Source: Dehalococcoidia bacterium (GTDB lineage Bacteria; Chloroflexota; Dehalococcoidia; Plut-88900). Taken from it: 64,000 bases of DNA. The notes below the pieces were generated by a model, which was not told where the DNA came from, searched no databases, and saw only the letters and a list, made by a program, of their open reading frames with translations. Both the position numbers and the translations under genes were made by a program. The stretch covers positions 384,001-448,000 of the forward strand of contig OZ240219.1 of the NCBI GenBank assembly GCA_965197645.1. Reading direction: 5' to 3'. Below are positions 48,480 through 58,719 of this stretch, piece by piece. The first letter of the stretch is position 1. Each line of letters begins with the position of its first letter.

Positions 48480-49247
48480 TCAAATCCAGCTTGCGCCCCT
48501 CTGGTATCCGCCGTGGATGTGCAACGCGGTGCCTGAAACCCATCGAGACGCCGGGCTAACCAGGTACCTCACCGCTTCGCCTATGTCCGTCGGCATGCCG
48601 ATACCCAGCGGGTAGTCGAACGAGGCTCTCACCCACTGCTCGGCACTGAATCCGAAGTCCCGGGACGCGATCAGCCCCGGCATTATGGCGTTGACCCTCA
48701 CCCCTTTGTGGGCCACCTGTGCCGATAGCGCCATCGTAAGCCCCAGCACACCTGCCTTGCTGGCGTTGTAGGCCGGCGAAGTCCCCTCATCGCCTATCCG
48801 AGCCGATTGAGAGCTGATGTTGACTATGCATCCGCTGCCCGCCTTGAGCATCGGTTGAAGGGCGGCTCGACAACAGTAGAACACCCCGCTCAGGTTGACG
48901 GCTATCACACGCTCCCACTCCTCGTCGGGAAGGGTGGCCACGTTGCCCCGCGGCGCATCGATGCCGGCGTTGTTCACCAGGATGTCCAGCCTGCCGTACT
49001 CCTTCATCGCCAGTTCCACCAGCGCCTCATCGTCCTGTGGAGAACTGGTGTCCATGATGGTGCTCACCGACTCTCCACCCTCGGACCTGATGGCCTCCAC
49101 CGTCACCGACGAGTCCTGCAAGTCCCCGATCACGATCTTGGCGCCGGCCCGGGCCAGTACCAGAGCGATCCCCTGACCGACCCCCTGTCCTGCGCCCGTC
49201 ACTATCGCTACCTGATCATCGAGCCTTGTGGTGTCAGCCATTTTCAC
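48480..49247 (-). CDS. short-chain dehydrogenase/reductase
   Basis: TGAGQGVG, NNAG, YNASK. Confidence 0.9.
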   Translation of the reverse strand: MKMADTTRLDDQVAIVTGAGQGVGQGIALVLARAGAKIVIGDLQDSSVTVEAIRSEGGESVSTIMDTSSPQDDEALVELAMKEYGRLDILVNNAGIDAPRGNVATLPDEEWERVIAVNLSGVFYCCRAALQPMLKAGSGCIVNISSQSARIGDEGTSPAYNASKAGVLGLTMALSAQVAHKGVRVNAIMPGLIASRDFGFSAEQWVRASFDYPLGIGMPTDIGEAVRYLVSPASRWVSGTALHIHGGYQRGASWI

Positions 49248-50520
49248 CGTCCTCCTTGTCAGCCGATATCCTCACGTTCGCCAGCTCCTCCGCCGGTTGA
49301 TCGGCTATCGCACCGCTCTCCTTCAACTGGTCATACTCGGTGTCGCTCTTCCCAAGCAGATCTGCGAAGACCGGCCTGTTATGCTCGGCGAAGCGAGGGG
49401 CTGGCTTTGCCGTGCCGGACGGAGTCCGGGAGAACTTTATCGGCAGGCCGAAGTGGGAGAACGTCCCGGCATCGGGGAAGTCAACCTTCTCCCAGAAGCC
49501 TCGGGCATCGAACTGCGGGTCCTCGAACAGCTCGTCGGCGAGCAGCACGGCGCCCGCCGGCACCCCCTCTTGCTGCAGCATCTCCTGGGCCTCGTAGTGG
49601 TCCAGTCCTGTCGTCCATTCACCGATGATCGCGTCCAACTCGTCCTGGTTTCGCGAGCGGCCGAGGGCATGTTCAAACCGGGGGTCTCGCGCCAGGTCCG
49701 GCCTGCTCATCGCCTTGCACAACCCTCGCCATGCTCTCTCCGAGTCCACCGCAATGGCTATCCACCTGTCCGTCCCTCGGCTGGGGTACACTCCCTGGGG
49801 CGCACGAGAGATATGTCTATTGCCCAACCGGCTCCGCACCCGGCCGTTCATCGAATAGTCCATCAAGTTGTCCCCCAGCAAGGTCAGGTACCCTTCCTGG
49901 TGGGACAGGTTCAGATAGCATCCCTCACCGGTCCGGTTCCGATTCTGGAGTGCGGCCAGGACGGCGTAGTCGGCCTGGAGGCCCGCGGCCGGATCGGTAA
50001 ACGCGCCCGAAGAGCGCATGGGTGGCCCGTCTTCGTAGCCCGTCAGGTAGGTCAGTCCGGTTACCCCTTCCAGCGCCTCCCCAAAGCAAACGTAGTCCCG
50101 ATACGGGCCGCTCCCTCCGAAGCTGGGCATGCTCACCATGATGATATCGGGCCTAGCCTTCCGGATGGTATCGTACTCCAAGCCCAGGTTCCCCATGACC
50201 CGGGCGCTGAAGTTCTCCATCACCACGTCCCCGATGGATATCAGCTCCAGGCACAGCTCCCTGCCCTGGGGATGTTGAAGGTCTATGGATATCGCCTGCT
50301 TGTTCCTGTTTGCCATGTGAAAGTAGGAGCCCCGGTTATAAGGTCTCTCTCCCGGCTCACCGTCCGGCGGGATCATGTATCGGACCGCATCGATGTACAG
50401 CGACGATTCAACCCTGATCACCTCGGCGCCCATACCCGCTAGGAGTTGAGTGGCGAAGGGGCCGGCCCAGTAGCGGGTCAGATCGATTATCCTGAGGCCT
50501 TCCAGCGGCAACGACGACAT
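49234..50520 (-). CDS. CaiB/BaiF class III CoA transferase (catalytic Asp present)
   Basis: DLTRYWAGP, NRNK, ENF, AFTDPAAG; start at ATG 50520. Confidence 0.92.
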   Translation of the reverse strand: MSSLPLEGLRIIDLTRYWAGPFATQLLAGMGAEVIRVESSLYIDAVRYMIPPDGEPGERPYNRGSYFHMANRNKQAISIDLQHPQGRELCLELISIGDVVMENFSARVMGNLGLEYDTIRKARPDIIMVSMPSFGGSGPYRDYVCFGEALEGVTGLTYLTGYEDGPPMRSSGAFTDPAAGLQADYAVLAALQNRNRTGEGCYLNLSHQEGYLTLLGDNLMDYSMNGRVRSRLGNRHISRAPQGVYPSRGTDRWIAIAVDSERAWRGLCKAMSRPDLARDPRFEHALGRSRNQDELDAIIGEWTTGLDHYEAQEMLQQEGVPAGAVLLADELFEDPQFDARGFWEKVDFPDAGTFSHFGLPIKFSRTPSGTAKPAPRFAEHNRPVFADLLGKSDTEYDQLKESGAIADQPAEELANVRISADKEDGENG

Positions 50521-50522
50521 GT

Positions 50523-51728
50523 CTATATCACTCCCATGGCCCCCAGCCGGGCTACCTCGTGGCTCGAATACCCCAGCACGCCGTAGTACAGCCCGTGGTT
50601 GTCCTGGCCCAGCATGGGCGCCGCCGTTGGTCCATCCGGGCGTGCGCCCACACTGAAAGCCGGCCCGGGATAGCTCAGAGGGCCCGTTAGAGGGTGGTCC
50701 AGGCTGGTAAAGAACTCCCGCTCCGCCAGGTGCGGGTCTTCCAGCAGGCGCTTGGAGGTCATCACCTTGGCCGACGGTATCCTCAACAGCTGGCACAGAT
50801 CGAACGCCTCGTCCGAGGTATTCTCTGCGAAAAAGGCACCGATGGCGTTCCACAGGAACTCCTTGGCATCTTCGTCCGTCTCTCTTGGATTGTTGAACCT
50901 CGGGTCCTCGATGATCTCTGGATGGCCGATCATCTCACATAGCGAAGTCCACTGCTGCTGGGTGAGGACGGCAATGATCATGTGGCCTTCTTTGCAATCG
51001 TACAGGTCGCAAAGGGGCGTGGGAGGACTGAGTGTGGAGCCGGTTCGCCCTCGTACCACCCCTTGATAGGTGTACAGGATGGCCGTGGTCTCCAGGAAGG
51101 TGGCCACCACCTCCATTATCGAGATGTCCAGATGTTGTCCCAGGCCGTTCATATCCCGCCACTGCAGGGCCGCCAGTATGCCTATAGCTCCCACCAACCC
51201 CGACTTGTATTGAGGCAGGAAACCGCCCGACTGTATCGGCTCCCGCTCAGGAAAACCGGTGGGGAACATGAGGCCGCTGATGGCGTTCTGGATTAGCTCG
51301 TTGGCCCGGTGCTTTCTGTAGGGTCCCGTCTGCCCGAACTGGGTTATCGAGGCCATCACCAACTTGGGGTTTATCCCCGAGAGCTCTTCGTAGGACAACC
51401 CCAGCTCACCCAGCTGCCCAGGATCGTAGCCCTCCACCACCACATCTACGTCCCTGACCAGCTCCTTCAAGATTCCGGCCCCGGCGGGCGTGTTGATGTT
51501 GAGCGTAACGCTCTTCTTGCTGGAGTTGAGGTACAGGAAGAGGCCGCTGCCCTCCCGGTGAGGCATGTCCTTGTAGAAAGGGGCCTGGGCCCTGGCCGAG
51601 TCTCCGCTTCCGGGAGGCTCTATCTTGTAGACCTCCGCTCCAAGCTGGGCGAGAAGCTTGCCACAGAAGGGCCCTGCGATGGCATCGCTCAGGTCCAGCA
51701 CCTTCAGGTGGCTCAACCAACCGGCCAT
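50523..51728 (-). CDS. CaiB/BaiF class III CoA transferase (catalytic Asp apparently replaced by Gln)
   Basis: IAGPFCGKLLA, YLNSSKKS, FGQTGPY, FLPQYKSG. Confidence 0.9.
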   Translation of the reverse strand: MAGWLSHLKVLDLSDAIAGPFCGKLLAQLGAEVYKIEPPGSGDSARAQAPFYKDMPHREGSGLFLYLNSSKKSVTLNINTPAGAGILKELVRDVDVVVEGYDPGQLGELGLSYEELSGINPKLVMASITQFGQTGPYRKHRANELIQNAISGLMFPTGFPEREPIQSGGFLPQYKSGLVGAIGILAALQWRDMNGLGQHLDISIMEVVATFLETTAILYTYQGVVRGRTGSTLSPPTPLCDLYDCKEGHMIIAVLTQQQWTSLCEMIGHPEIIEDPRFNNPRETDEDAKEFLWNAIGAFFAENTSDEAFDLCQLLRIPSAKVMTSKRLLEDPHLAEREFFTSLDHPLTGPLSYPGPAFSVGARPDGPTAAPMLGQDNHGLYYGVLGYSSHEVARLGAMGVI

Positions 51729-51753
51729 CTAGGCCCCCCGCAGGTGAAAGAAA

Positions 51754-52758
51754 TTAGTCTTCCAGCTCAACTTCGTCGAACAGGTAGGGGCCCAGGAAGC
51801 TCATCAGGCCACTGGCGGCCAGCATGACCGTGAGCATGCCGGGGTCCCACTGAGGGGCCACCTCGCACAGGTCCAGGGCCTTGAGCTCTTTGTAGCCCTT
51901 CAGGGTGCGCATCAGCTGAAGGAACTCCGCGTTGGTTATGCCCGTCGGCTCGGGGATTCCCGTGCCCGGCGAGTAGGACACCCCGACCACGTCGATATCC
52001 ACGCTCACGTAGACGGCGTCCACGCTGTCCGCGGCAACCTCCATCGCCTTCTTGAGCACCGTTTCGATTCCGTCGGACCGGATGTCGGCCGCGGTGTGCA
52101 TCTTCAAGCCGTGCTTCCTGCGCAACCGTACCTGGTCCGCTTGCAGCCATTTGTTCAGCCCGACCCAAGCCATGTTGTTGTAGGAGATGTGGGGGTTCTC
52201 GCTGATGCGGCGCACACAGGTGCCGTGGTTGAACTTGCCGCCGAAGTCATCATAGAAGTCGGAGTGGCTATCGATGTGGATGTAGCCTATCCTGGCCCCT
52301 TCCTTCCGCTCCATGAACCCCTTGACGAACCCTTCGAATGAGGGATAGGCCACGTAGTGGTCGCCACCCAGGACCACGGGAAATCCACCCCGCTTCACTA
52401 TCTCGACCATCCCGTCCACTACGCCGGCGGTGGTCCGCTCCAGGTTGATGGGATCGATGTTGAAGTCTCCGAAATCGCCCAGCAGAGGCTTATCCTTGAG
52501 CCGCAACCCCTTCTCCGTATCGACGTCGTAGGCCGCTTTGTCCGGCGATAAGTCGTACCAGTGCCGCATGGACATGGACCACTCTCGGATCGCCCGAGGC
52601 CCGAACCTCGCCCCCTGCCGAGCGGTAACGATGGCGTTATCTATGGGCACGCCGGCCAGCACCGCCATCCCCTCTTCGACATCCTCCACCTCCACAGCGG
52701 GTGACCTGAAGAAAGAGACCAACCCTCCGTAATAGGGCATCGGTCCTCGCTGGTACAT
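51754..52758 (-). CDS. agmatinase/ureohydrolase family protein
   Basis: GARFGPRAIR, GGDH, DSHSD, DIDV, EVAP. Confidence 0.9.
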   Translation of the reverse strand: MYQRGPMPYYGGLVSFFRSPAVEVEDVEEGMAVLAGVPIDNAIVTARQGARFGPRAIREWSMSMRHWYDLSPDKAAYDVDTEKGLRLKDKPLLGDFGDFNIDPINLERTTAGVVDGMVEIVKRGGFPVVLGGDHYVAYPSFEGFVKGFMERKEGARIGYIHIDSHSDFYDDFGGKFNHGTCVRRISENPHISYNNMAWVGLNKWLQADQVRLRRKHGLKMHTAADIRSDGIETVLKKAMEVAADSVDAVYVSVDIDVVGVSYSPGTGIPEPTGITNAEFLQLMRTLKGYKELKALDLCEVAPQWDPGMLTVMLAASGLMSFLGPYLFDEVELED

Positions 52759-52819
52759 GATTGTCCTCCGTCCGGTGTCAGTGGGCCGCCCGGCCTTACC
52801 GTGAATGGGCTGCAGGGTC

Positions 52820-54154
52820 TTACAGGGGCATGTTGTCTAGCGATGTCTCAACGGCGTCTATATAGGCGTCGAGATCCTCCTGGGTCATCACCGTCGAGAG
52901 GCAGCTCAAACCCCTGCCAGCGTAGACGATGCCGTGGCCAAGCATCTCGTGGGTGAACTTGTTGAACACCGACTGGTCTGGCCCGGCATTGACGAAGGAC
53001 CGGAAGTCGGCAAACTCCTTGTCGGTGAGGTGCAACCAGAACATGGAGCCTTTGCCCGTAACCTGGGCCGGAATCTCCCTCTTGGTGATGATCTCGTTCA
53101 GCCGTCCCCTCATCTGGTCGCCCATCTCTCCCAGCCTGTCGAAGGCCTGGGGTGTCATCATCTTCATCGTCTCCAGCCCGGCCACCATAGTGATCGGATT
53201 GGCGTTGAAGGTGCCACCGTGGTGCACCTGGTGTCCGCGCCGGTGATCGAAGACCTCCATGACCTCGTCGCTGCCGCCGATGGCGCCGACGGGGAACCCT
53301 CCGCCGATGATTTTGGCCAGCGCGGTAATGTCCGGCTTGATGCCGTACTCGGCGCAGGCGCCATTATAGGATGCTCGGAAGCTGATCACCTCGTCGGCGA
53401 CCAGCAATATGCCGAGGTTGCTGGTGATCTCTCTGAGTCCTTCCAGGAAGCCGGGCGCCGGTTCGGTCCAGCCCAGGGCCGCTGGGAAGGGGTCTATAAC
53501 CACTGCTGCCAGCTCGTCCTTGTGCCTATCGATGATCTCGGTGCAGACCTTGAGATTGTTCCACGGCATCACGATAACGTCCGATGCCACGTTGGGGGAT
53601 ACGCTGGGTTCGATAACGCTGGCGGGCAGGTCCGGGTCACCCCAGTTGTCCGGCGCTGGGCCTTCCGATACCTGCGCGTAGTCGTAGGTGCCGTGGTAGG
53701 CCCCCTCTATCTTGGCGATCTTGGAGCGGCCGGTGAAGGCCCTGGCCGCCTTGATGGACATCATCACCGCTTCGCTGCCCGAGTTGCAGAACCGCAGCTT
53801 GTCGATATAGTCCACTCGGTCGGTGAGAAGCTGGGCCAGTTCCAGCTCCGGCTCAGTGGGCATGGCGAAGGCGGTGCCCTTCTCCAGCTGCTTGGTCACT
53901 GCCTCGACAACCGCCGGGTGAGAGTGGCCGTGTATGAGGGAGGTCATGTTGTTGATGTAGTCGACCCGCTCCTCACCCTCTACGTCGATGATACGGGACC
54001 CTTTGCCGCTGCTGACGTAGATCGGGTACGGCTCCATAGCTATCGAGTGCCTGCTATTGCCACCGGGCAGGACGCTCAACCCCTGTTCGTACAGCTGTTT
54101 GGAACGGGAGGTTTCCGACCTATAGGCGATGGTCTCCTTGGAAGAACCGGACAT
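52820..54154 (-). CDS. class III PLP aminotransferase (GSA aminomutase-like)
   Basis: NSGSEA, YHG, DEVISFR, AKIIGGGFPVGA, GTFNAN; GGAGG RBS before ATG 54154. Confidence 0.9.
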   Translation of the reverse strand: MSGSSKETIAYRSETSRSKQLYEQGLSVLPGGNSRHSIAMEPYPIYVSSGKGSRIIDVEGEERVDYINNMTSLIHGHSHPAVVEAVTKQLEKGTAFAMPTEPELELAQLLTDRVDYIDKLRFCNSGSEAVMMSIKAARAFTGRSKIAKIEGAYHGTYDYAQVSEGPAPDNWGDPDLPASVIEPSVSPNVASDVIVMPWNNLKVCTEIIDRHKDELAAVVIDPFPAALGWTEPAPGFLEGLREITSNLGILLVADEVISFRASYNGACAEYGIKPDITALAKIIGGGFPVGAIGGSDEVMEVFDHRRGHQVHHGGTFNANPITMVAGLETMKMMTPQAFDRLGEMGDQMRGRLNEIITKREIPAQVTGKGSMFWLHLTDKEFADFRSFVNAGPDQSVFNKFTHEMLGHGIVYAGRGLSCLSTVMTQEDLDAYIDAVETSLDNMPL

Positions 54155-54488
54155 GGGACTTACCTCCTGCGGCGTGCGCCTAAAATAGAGGAGCCTGGAA
54201 GCGGGTGAAGAATAGCAACTCCCCGGCGGCAACGTCAAGCACAGCAGAGCTGGGGTAGTACATGTTTTGCAATTGTGGATTTTCGCCAACGCGAACGTGG
54301 ATGTTGGTTTCACCAACGCTTTACAGCCTGATGTAATCGTATCGTTACGATGGGATGCGCGATGGCCTTCCGAGCCTCGCCAAGTCCCATTGCTTACGTT
54401 TGCTTTTTCCTCATACAATCAACTAGCATAAGGAAGGCGTCCCCGAACTGATAATGTGGGGCTCTGCTTTCATCAAGGGAAAAGGCTG

Positions 54489-54782
54489 ATGGTATCAAAG
54501 TTTACAAAGGCGGAACGACAAGCGCTAAAAGAAGTGGGTACCGCCGCCGATGTAAGTCAACGCATCCATGCGTACACGGAGGCTGTCAACCGGCTATCAT
54601 CGAGGCATGAAGAACTGGTTGCACAGTATCCTGGGCATTGGGTGGCGTTATATAACGGTAACGAGATTTGCACTGGAGAATCCCTGGCCGAACTCCTCCG
54701 GCAATGTGACGAACAAGAGGTCGACAGAGACGCAATCGTGATACGATTTCTCGACACTGACAACCAAGTACTCATCCTGTAG
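54489..54782 (+). CDS. DUF5678-like small protein
   Basis: ELVAQYPGHWVALYNG..SLAELL and C-terminal LIL; AT-richer islet. Confidence 0.7.
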   Translation: MVSKFTKAERQALKEVGTAADVSQRIHAYTEAVNRLSSRHEELVAQYPGHWVALYNGNEICTGESLAELLRQCDEQEVDRDAIVIRFLDTDNQVLIL

Positions 54783-54787
54783 TTGTC

Positions 54788-55215
54788 GTGATAATTGGGA
54801 GTTTCGACAAAGGAAGCCCTTTAATCGAAGGGCTTCTTGTATTTCCGGAACTTGCTGTCGAAGGTTCCCTATCGTTCCTCTTCGACACCGGCGCCGATGA
54901 GACGTGCATTATGCCGGCGGATGGACATCGGCTCGGTATTGATTACAACCAGCTTACCGGGAAGCCAGTTAGCATTCGAGGAGTGAGTGGCCGTATCACT
55001 TCAGTAATGCAACGAGCACTTCTCTTCTTCACTGAGGATACTGGGAAGGTGGAGTGTATCGACTCGACATCAATGTTATGCCTGATCTAGCTGAGTTGCA
55101 CGGATTACATTCTTTGTTGGGACAGGATGTTCTTTCCCATTGGCGCACTGTTCATGACCCGACGAGAAAACGGTTGCAAGCCACAGTATTGTCAGCTGAC
55201 CTAACTCTTCCGTAG
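54788..55215 (+). pseudogene. retropepsin-like aspartyl protease with a -1 frameshift near 55050
   Basis: FLFDTGA..IRGVSG in the first frame; SLLGQDVL..ADLTLP* in the shifted frame (stop ends at 55215). Confidence 0.75.
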
Positions 55216-55319
55216 CGGTAACCGTTCAACAGAATCCTCGACCAGCCTACACTTCTGCACCGGGTACCGCTGACAGGCATCGGAACCGGTAATGTCGGAG
55301 AGGAAGTTAGAGGCTGGCC

Positions 55320-56237
55320 CTACCTGAAGAAGGGCAGCACCTCTTGGGCAAACCGCTCCAGCTGGGGCATCGTTTCCTCCCGTGTGGCCGCCGGGCTTAT
55401 CACAAAATGCTCCACCCCTATCGAGACGAACCTGTTCAGCGTATCGATACAGTCCTGCACGGCGCCTAGCGCACAGCTGAAATCGGGCTCCAGGATTGGT
55501 GACCCGAGCCGTCGTACCAGGGCATCGTTGCCCTTATCGAGAGCGGTTTCGGAGCTGGAGTCGAACCGAAAGTAGACGTGTATTCCCATCTTGATATCCG
55601 AGGCGCTCCTTCCATACTCCTCGGCGTAATGGCGTATTTTGGCCGCGGCCGCTTCGTAACGGGTCGGGGTGATGCCGGCCGGCAGAAAGCCGTTGCCCCA
55701 GCGCGCCGTCCGGCGCAGGGCGGCATCCACGTCTCCGCCGACCCAGATGGGAGGATGAGGCCGCTGGACAGGCTGCGGGTCTATCACGATATCCTCGAAG
55801 CTATAAAAATGTCCCCGATGACTGGCGGGTCGATCCGTCCACAGCTTGATGAGTACCTCCAGCATCTCTTCAGTCCGGGCGCCCCGCTCTCTCGGGTCCA
55901 CCCCCGATGCCTCAAACATCTTGCTCGGGCCCCCGGTGGCTATCCCTAGCACGATGCGGCCGTTAGACAGGAAGTCCAGCGTGGCCACGTGTTTTGCCAG
56001 CATAGCCGGACTGTAGAGCGGTGCCAGGAGCGCACACGTGCCCAGGGTTACCCGTTCCGTCGCTTGGGCGAAGGCCCCCAGGGTCGTGAGGCAGTCTAGG
56101 GCCGGTTCCGGCGTCACCGGCGTTTCAGGGACCCAGATGGAGTCGAAGTCCAGTCCCTCCACCATCTCGGCGAACCCTCTCACGCCGACGAGATTGTGCA
56201 TGCGGGTGTAGTTGGGTCCGAACTTGACTCGGGGCAC
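55320..56237 (-). CDS. LLM class flavin/F420-dependent oxidoreductase
   Basis: FDSIWVPE, LAKHVATLDFLSNGR, PQPVQRPHPPIWVGG. Confidence 0.9.
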   Translation of the reverse strand: MPRVKFGPNYTRMHNLVGVRGFAEMVEGLDFDSIWVPETPVTPEPALDCLTTLGAFAQATERVTLGTCALLAPLYSPAMLAKHVATLDFLSNGRIVLGIATGGPSKMFEASGVDPRERGARTEEMLEVLIKLWTDRPASHRGHFYSFEDIVIDPQPVQRPHPPIWVGGDVDAALRRTARWGNGFLPAGITPTRYEAAAAKIRHYAEEYGRSASDIKMGIHVYFRFDSSSETALDKGNDALVRRLGSPILEPDFSCALGAVQDCIDTLNRFVSIGVEHFVISPAATREETMPQLERFAQEVLPFFR

Positions 56238-56240
56238 GGA

Positions 56241-57362
56241 TTACATCCCATGCACAGGGAAAACGGTGCTTTTCAGCTCTTCGACGCTGTTTCGAGCGAA
56301 CTCCCAGACCGTTTCCTTGACCTTCTCCTCGAGGGCTCGGCCCTGGGCATCCCGAAGAGCATCCAGCCTGTAGCTCTCCCGGTAGGCGGCCGGAATCTCG
56401 TCGGGCAACTCTTGCTCCGTCATTACCCCGTAGGCCAGCGTCCAGCAACGAGCGACGGCCCCCTCGTCGTATCCCCCACCGCCCAACGCCAGCCACCTGG
56501 GGCAGAGCTCACCCAGTTTCGATATGGCCTCTGTGTAGGCCGCGCTGGTTAGATTGAGATGGGCCAGCGGGTCCGAGTAATGGGTATCGATTCCCAGCTG
56601 GGTAACCAGCACGTCGGGACCAAAACTTTCGATGAGGGGTGGGACTATCTCGCCGAAGGCCCACAGGTAGACCTCGTCGTCGGAGTAGGGGGCCAGCGGC
56701 AGGTTGACCGAGTATCCTTTCCCATCTCCCGTCCCGGTCTCGTCCACGCCGCCGGTCCCCGGGAACAGGAATCTGCCCGATTCGTGCACCGAGACGGTGA
56801 GAACGGCATCTGTGTCGTAGAAGCCGTTCTGCACGCCGTCGCCGTGATGGGTGTCTATGTCCACGTAAGCTACCTTCAGCCCCTCCTCGACCATCCGCTT
56901 GATGGCGATAGCTGCGTCGTTGAACACGCAGAACCCCGAGGCGTAGCCAGGCGCGGCATGATGCAACCCTCCCGTCGAGTTGAAGGCCACGTCCACTTCA
57001 CCTCCGAGCAACATCTCCGTCGCCAGCAACGAGCCTCCGGCCACGAGAGCCGCCGCCTCGAACATCCCCTGATAGGTGGGATTGTCGCCATGGTCGTTGA
57101 AGTTACAAGTGACCGGATCAACCAGAGCGTCGCCCCGGCTGAACGCCTTGACCGCGGACACGTAGTCCGGGGTGTGGAAGGTCAGAAGTTCGTTGTCGGT
57201 GGCCGGTCTAGGTTTGACAAGTCGAGAGTTCTCCGGCTCGAAGGCGCCGTAGGAGTCCAGCAGCTCGTAGGTGTACCTCAACCTGCTAGGAACGAAGGGG
57301 TGTCCCTCTCGGAGCACGTGACGGGACATCACGTCTTCGTAGATATAGGCCCCGCGCCTCAT
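56241..57362 (-). CDS. acuC: AcuC/histone-deacetylase-like protein
   Basis: GGLHHA, ASGFCVFND, DIDTHHGDG, LFPGTG, DPL, GGGGY. Confidence 0.9.
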   Translation of the reverse strand: MRRGAYIYEDVMSRHVLREGHPFVPSRLRYTYELLDSYGAFEPENSRLVKPRPATDNELLTFHTPDYVSAVKAFSRGDALVDPVTCNFNDHGDNPTYQGMFEAAALVAGGSLLATEMLLGGEVDVAFNSTGGLHHAAPGYASGFCVFNDAAIAIKRMVEEGLKVAYVDIDTHHGDGVQNGFYDTDAVLTVSVHESGRFLFPGTGGVDETGTGDGKGYSVNLPLAPYSDDEVYLWAFGEIVPPLIESFGPDVLVTQLGIDTHYSDPLAHLNLTSAAYTEAISKLGELCPRWLALGGGGYDEGAVARCWTLAYGVMTEQELPDEIPAAYRESYRLDALRDAQGRALEEKVKETVWEFARNSVEELKSTVFPVHGM

Positions 57363-57865
57363 GTCAGGCCGACTCTTTCCCGGCCCACCAGATCCATCTT
57401 CTCCTTCATTTGTTGCCAGTGGGTGCCTTTCCAGTAGACCTTTCGACAGGAGGGACACCGAGAAAAGGCCGGCTGTGTGTTATACACGTGATGCGGGACC
57501 ACGCCGTACACCTCTTCCTTCTTCACCGGTTCCAGCGCTTCGTTACATTCGATACAGCGGGAGAACGGTCGAGCCTGGGAGTCCAGGTCCAACGCGTCCA
57601 CCACCTGGCCAAGCTGATCCAGAACGTTGCCCTCCTCGATCAGTACCGTCTTCAGCTATCCCGTGACGACCGCTCGGCGTTCCAGGATCCCTGCATCCCT
57701 GGTGAGCAGTACCCTTCGGTCCCGAAGGCCGATCCTGACCAGCTCGTCGTCATCGGCGGAGTTATCGTACAGGGCATCGTAGCCCAAAGCCCGGAGCCAT
57801 TTCGCCAGCGCCCCCACGTTAACGTCCACCACGAACCTGGGCTCGACGGGACACTCTCGGGTCAA
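57359..57865 (-). pseudogene. Mut7-C RNase domain protein interrupted by an in-frame TAG at 57656-57658
   Basis: FVVDVNVGALAKWLRALGYD..LLTRD..TG*LKTVLIE..SRCIECN..CPSCRKVYWKGTHW in a single frame. Confidence 0.85.
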
Positions 57866-58626
57866 AGCTCTATTTCCAGTCCTTCGTGGGCCACCGATAC
57901 ATCAGCCTCCAGCCGCTGGGCCACCTCGCTTACCTGCGTTCGGACTTCATCTTCGTGGCGGGGGTTTACGTGCACGGCCAGCACCTTGGGCAGATACCCG
58001 TTGACTTCCCGGAACCGGGTGAGCACCGACTCAAGCGCTCTGGGCGTCATATGACCGTGTTCCTCCGCCATCGATGACTCCCGGTTGGCGTAGCTCACTT
58101 CTATTAGCAGCAGCGCCGGCTGTATATGGGGCCAGGCCGATGAGCATCCGGGGCCCGTGTCACCGGTGTAGAAGACCGCTTTGCCCTCGCCGTTCTTCAC
58201 CTGGTAGCCCACCGTGGGCGGGCCGTGGGGGACCGGAAGGGCCAGCACCTGGTATCCCTGAATCTCGGTGGTCTGCCCGGCCTCCACGGGCTTGAACCTC
58301 AGCGACGGCGTATCCGATGGGTCGTCGATGAACCGGGGGTACAGCGTTCCCGTCAACAGGTTGTCCGAGAGGCTGTCCAGGACCTCGCTGGTGGAGTAGA
58401 CGTCCGTCGTTTTAGCGTCGGTGTTCATCCCCAGGGTAAGCAGGTCCCGCACGTGATCGAAGTGGTGGTGGGTGATCAGAACGGCTTCCACCGCCTCCTG
58501 TTCGGCAATGGTGAGGGTCGAACTGATGCTCCCTGCATCGATGGCAATGGCCCCGTCCACCAAGAACGAGGTCAGCCGGGCATCTCTACTCTCCAGCTGG
58601 TGTGCCCCGAGGACTCTTACTCTCAT
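57862..58626 (-). CDS. MBL-fold metallo-hydrolase (class II cNMP phosphodiesterase-like)
   Basis: DAGS, THHHFDH, YTGDT, HMTP. Confidence 0.88.
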   Translation of the reverse strand: MRVRVLGAHQLESRDARLTSFLVDGAIAIDAGSISSTLTIAEQEAVEAVLITHHHFDHVRDLLTLGMNTDAKTTDVYSTSEVLDSLSDNLLTGTLYPRFIDDPSDTPSLRFKPVEAGQTTEIQGYQVLALPVPHGPPTVGYQVKNGEGKAVFYTGDTGPGCSSAWPHIQPALLLIEVSYANRESSMAEEHGHMTPRALESVLTRFREVNGYLPKVLAVHVNPRHEDEVRTQVSEVAQRLEADVSVAHEGLEIEL

Positions 58627-58719
58627 CGGCTGGCCTCCGGATACGGATTCAGCAATTCGTGGAAGTACGCACTATAGATACCGGGAAGGAGTCCAATTCT
58701 AGCACACTGCGTTTGGGCC

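Noticed and set aside
52820-54154. Calling the aminotransferase hemL
   Set aside because: It is GSA-aminomutase-like, but the catabolic context and absence of hem genes suggest a paralog
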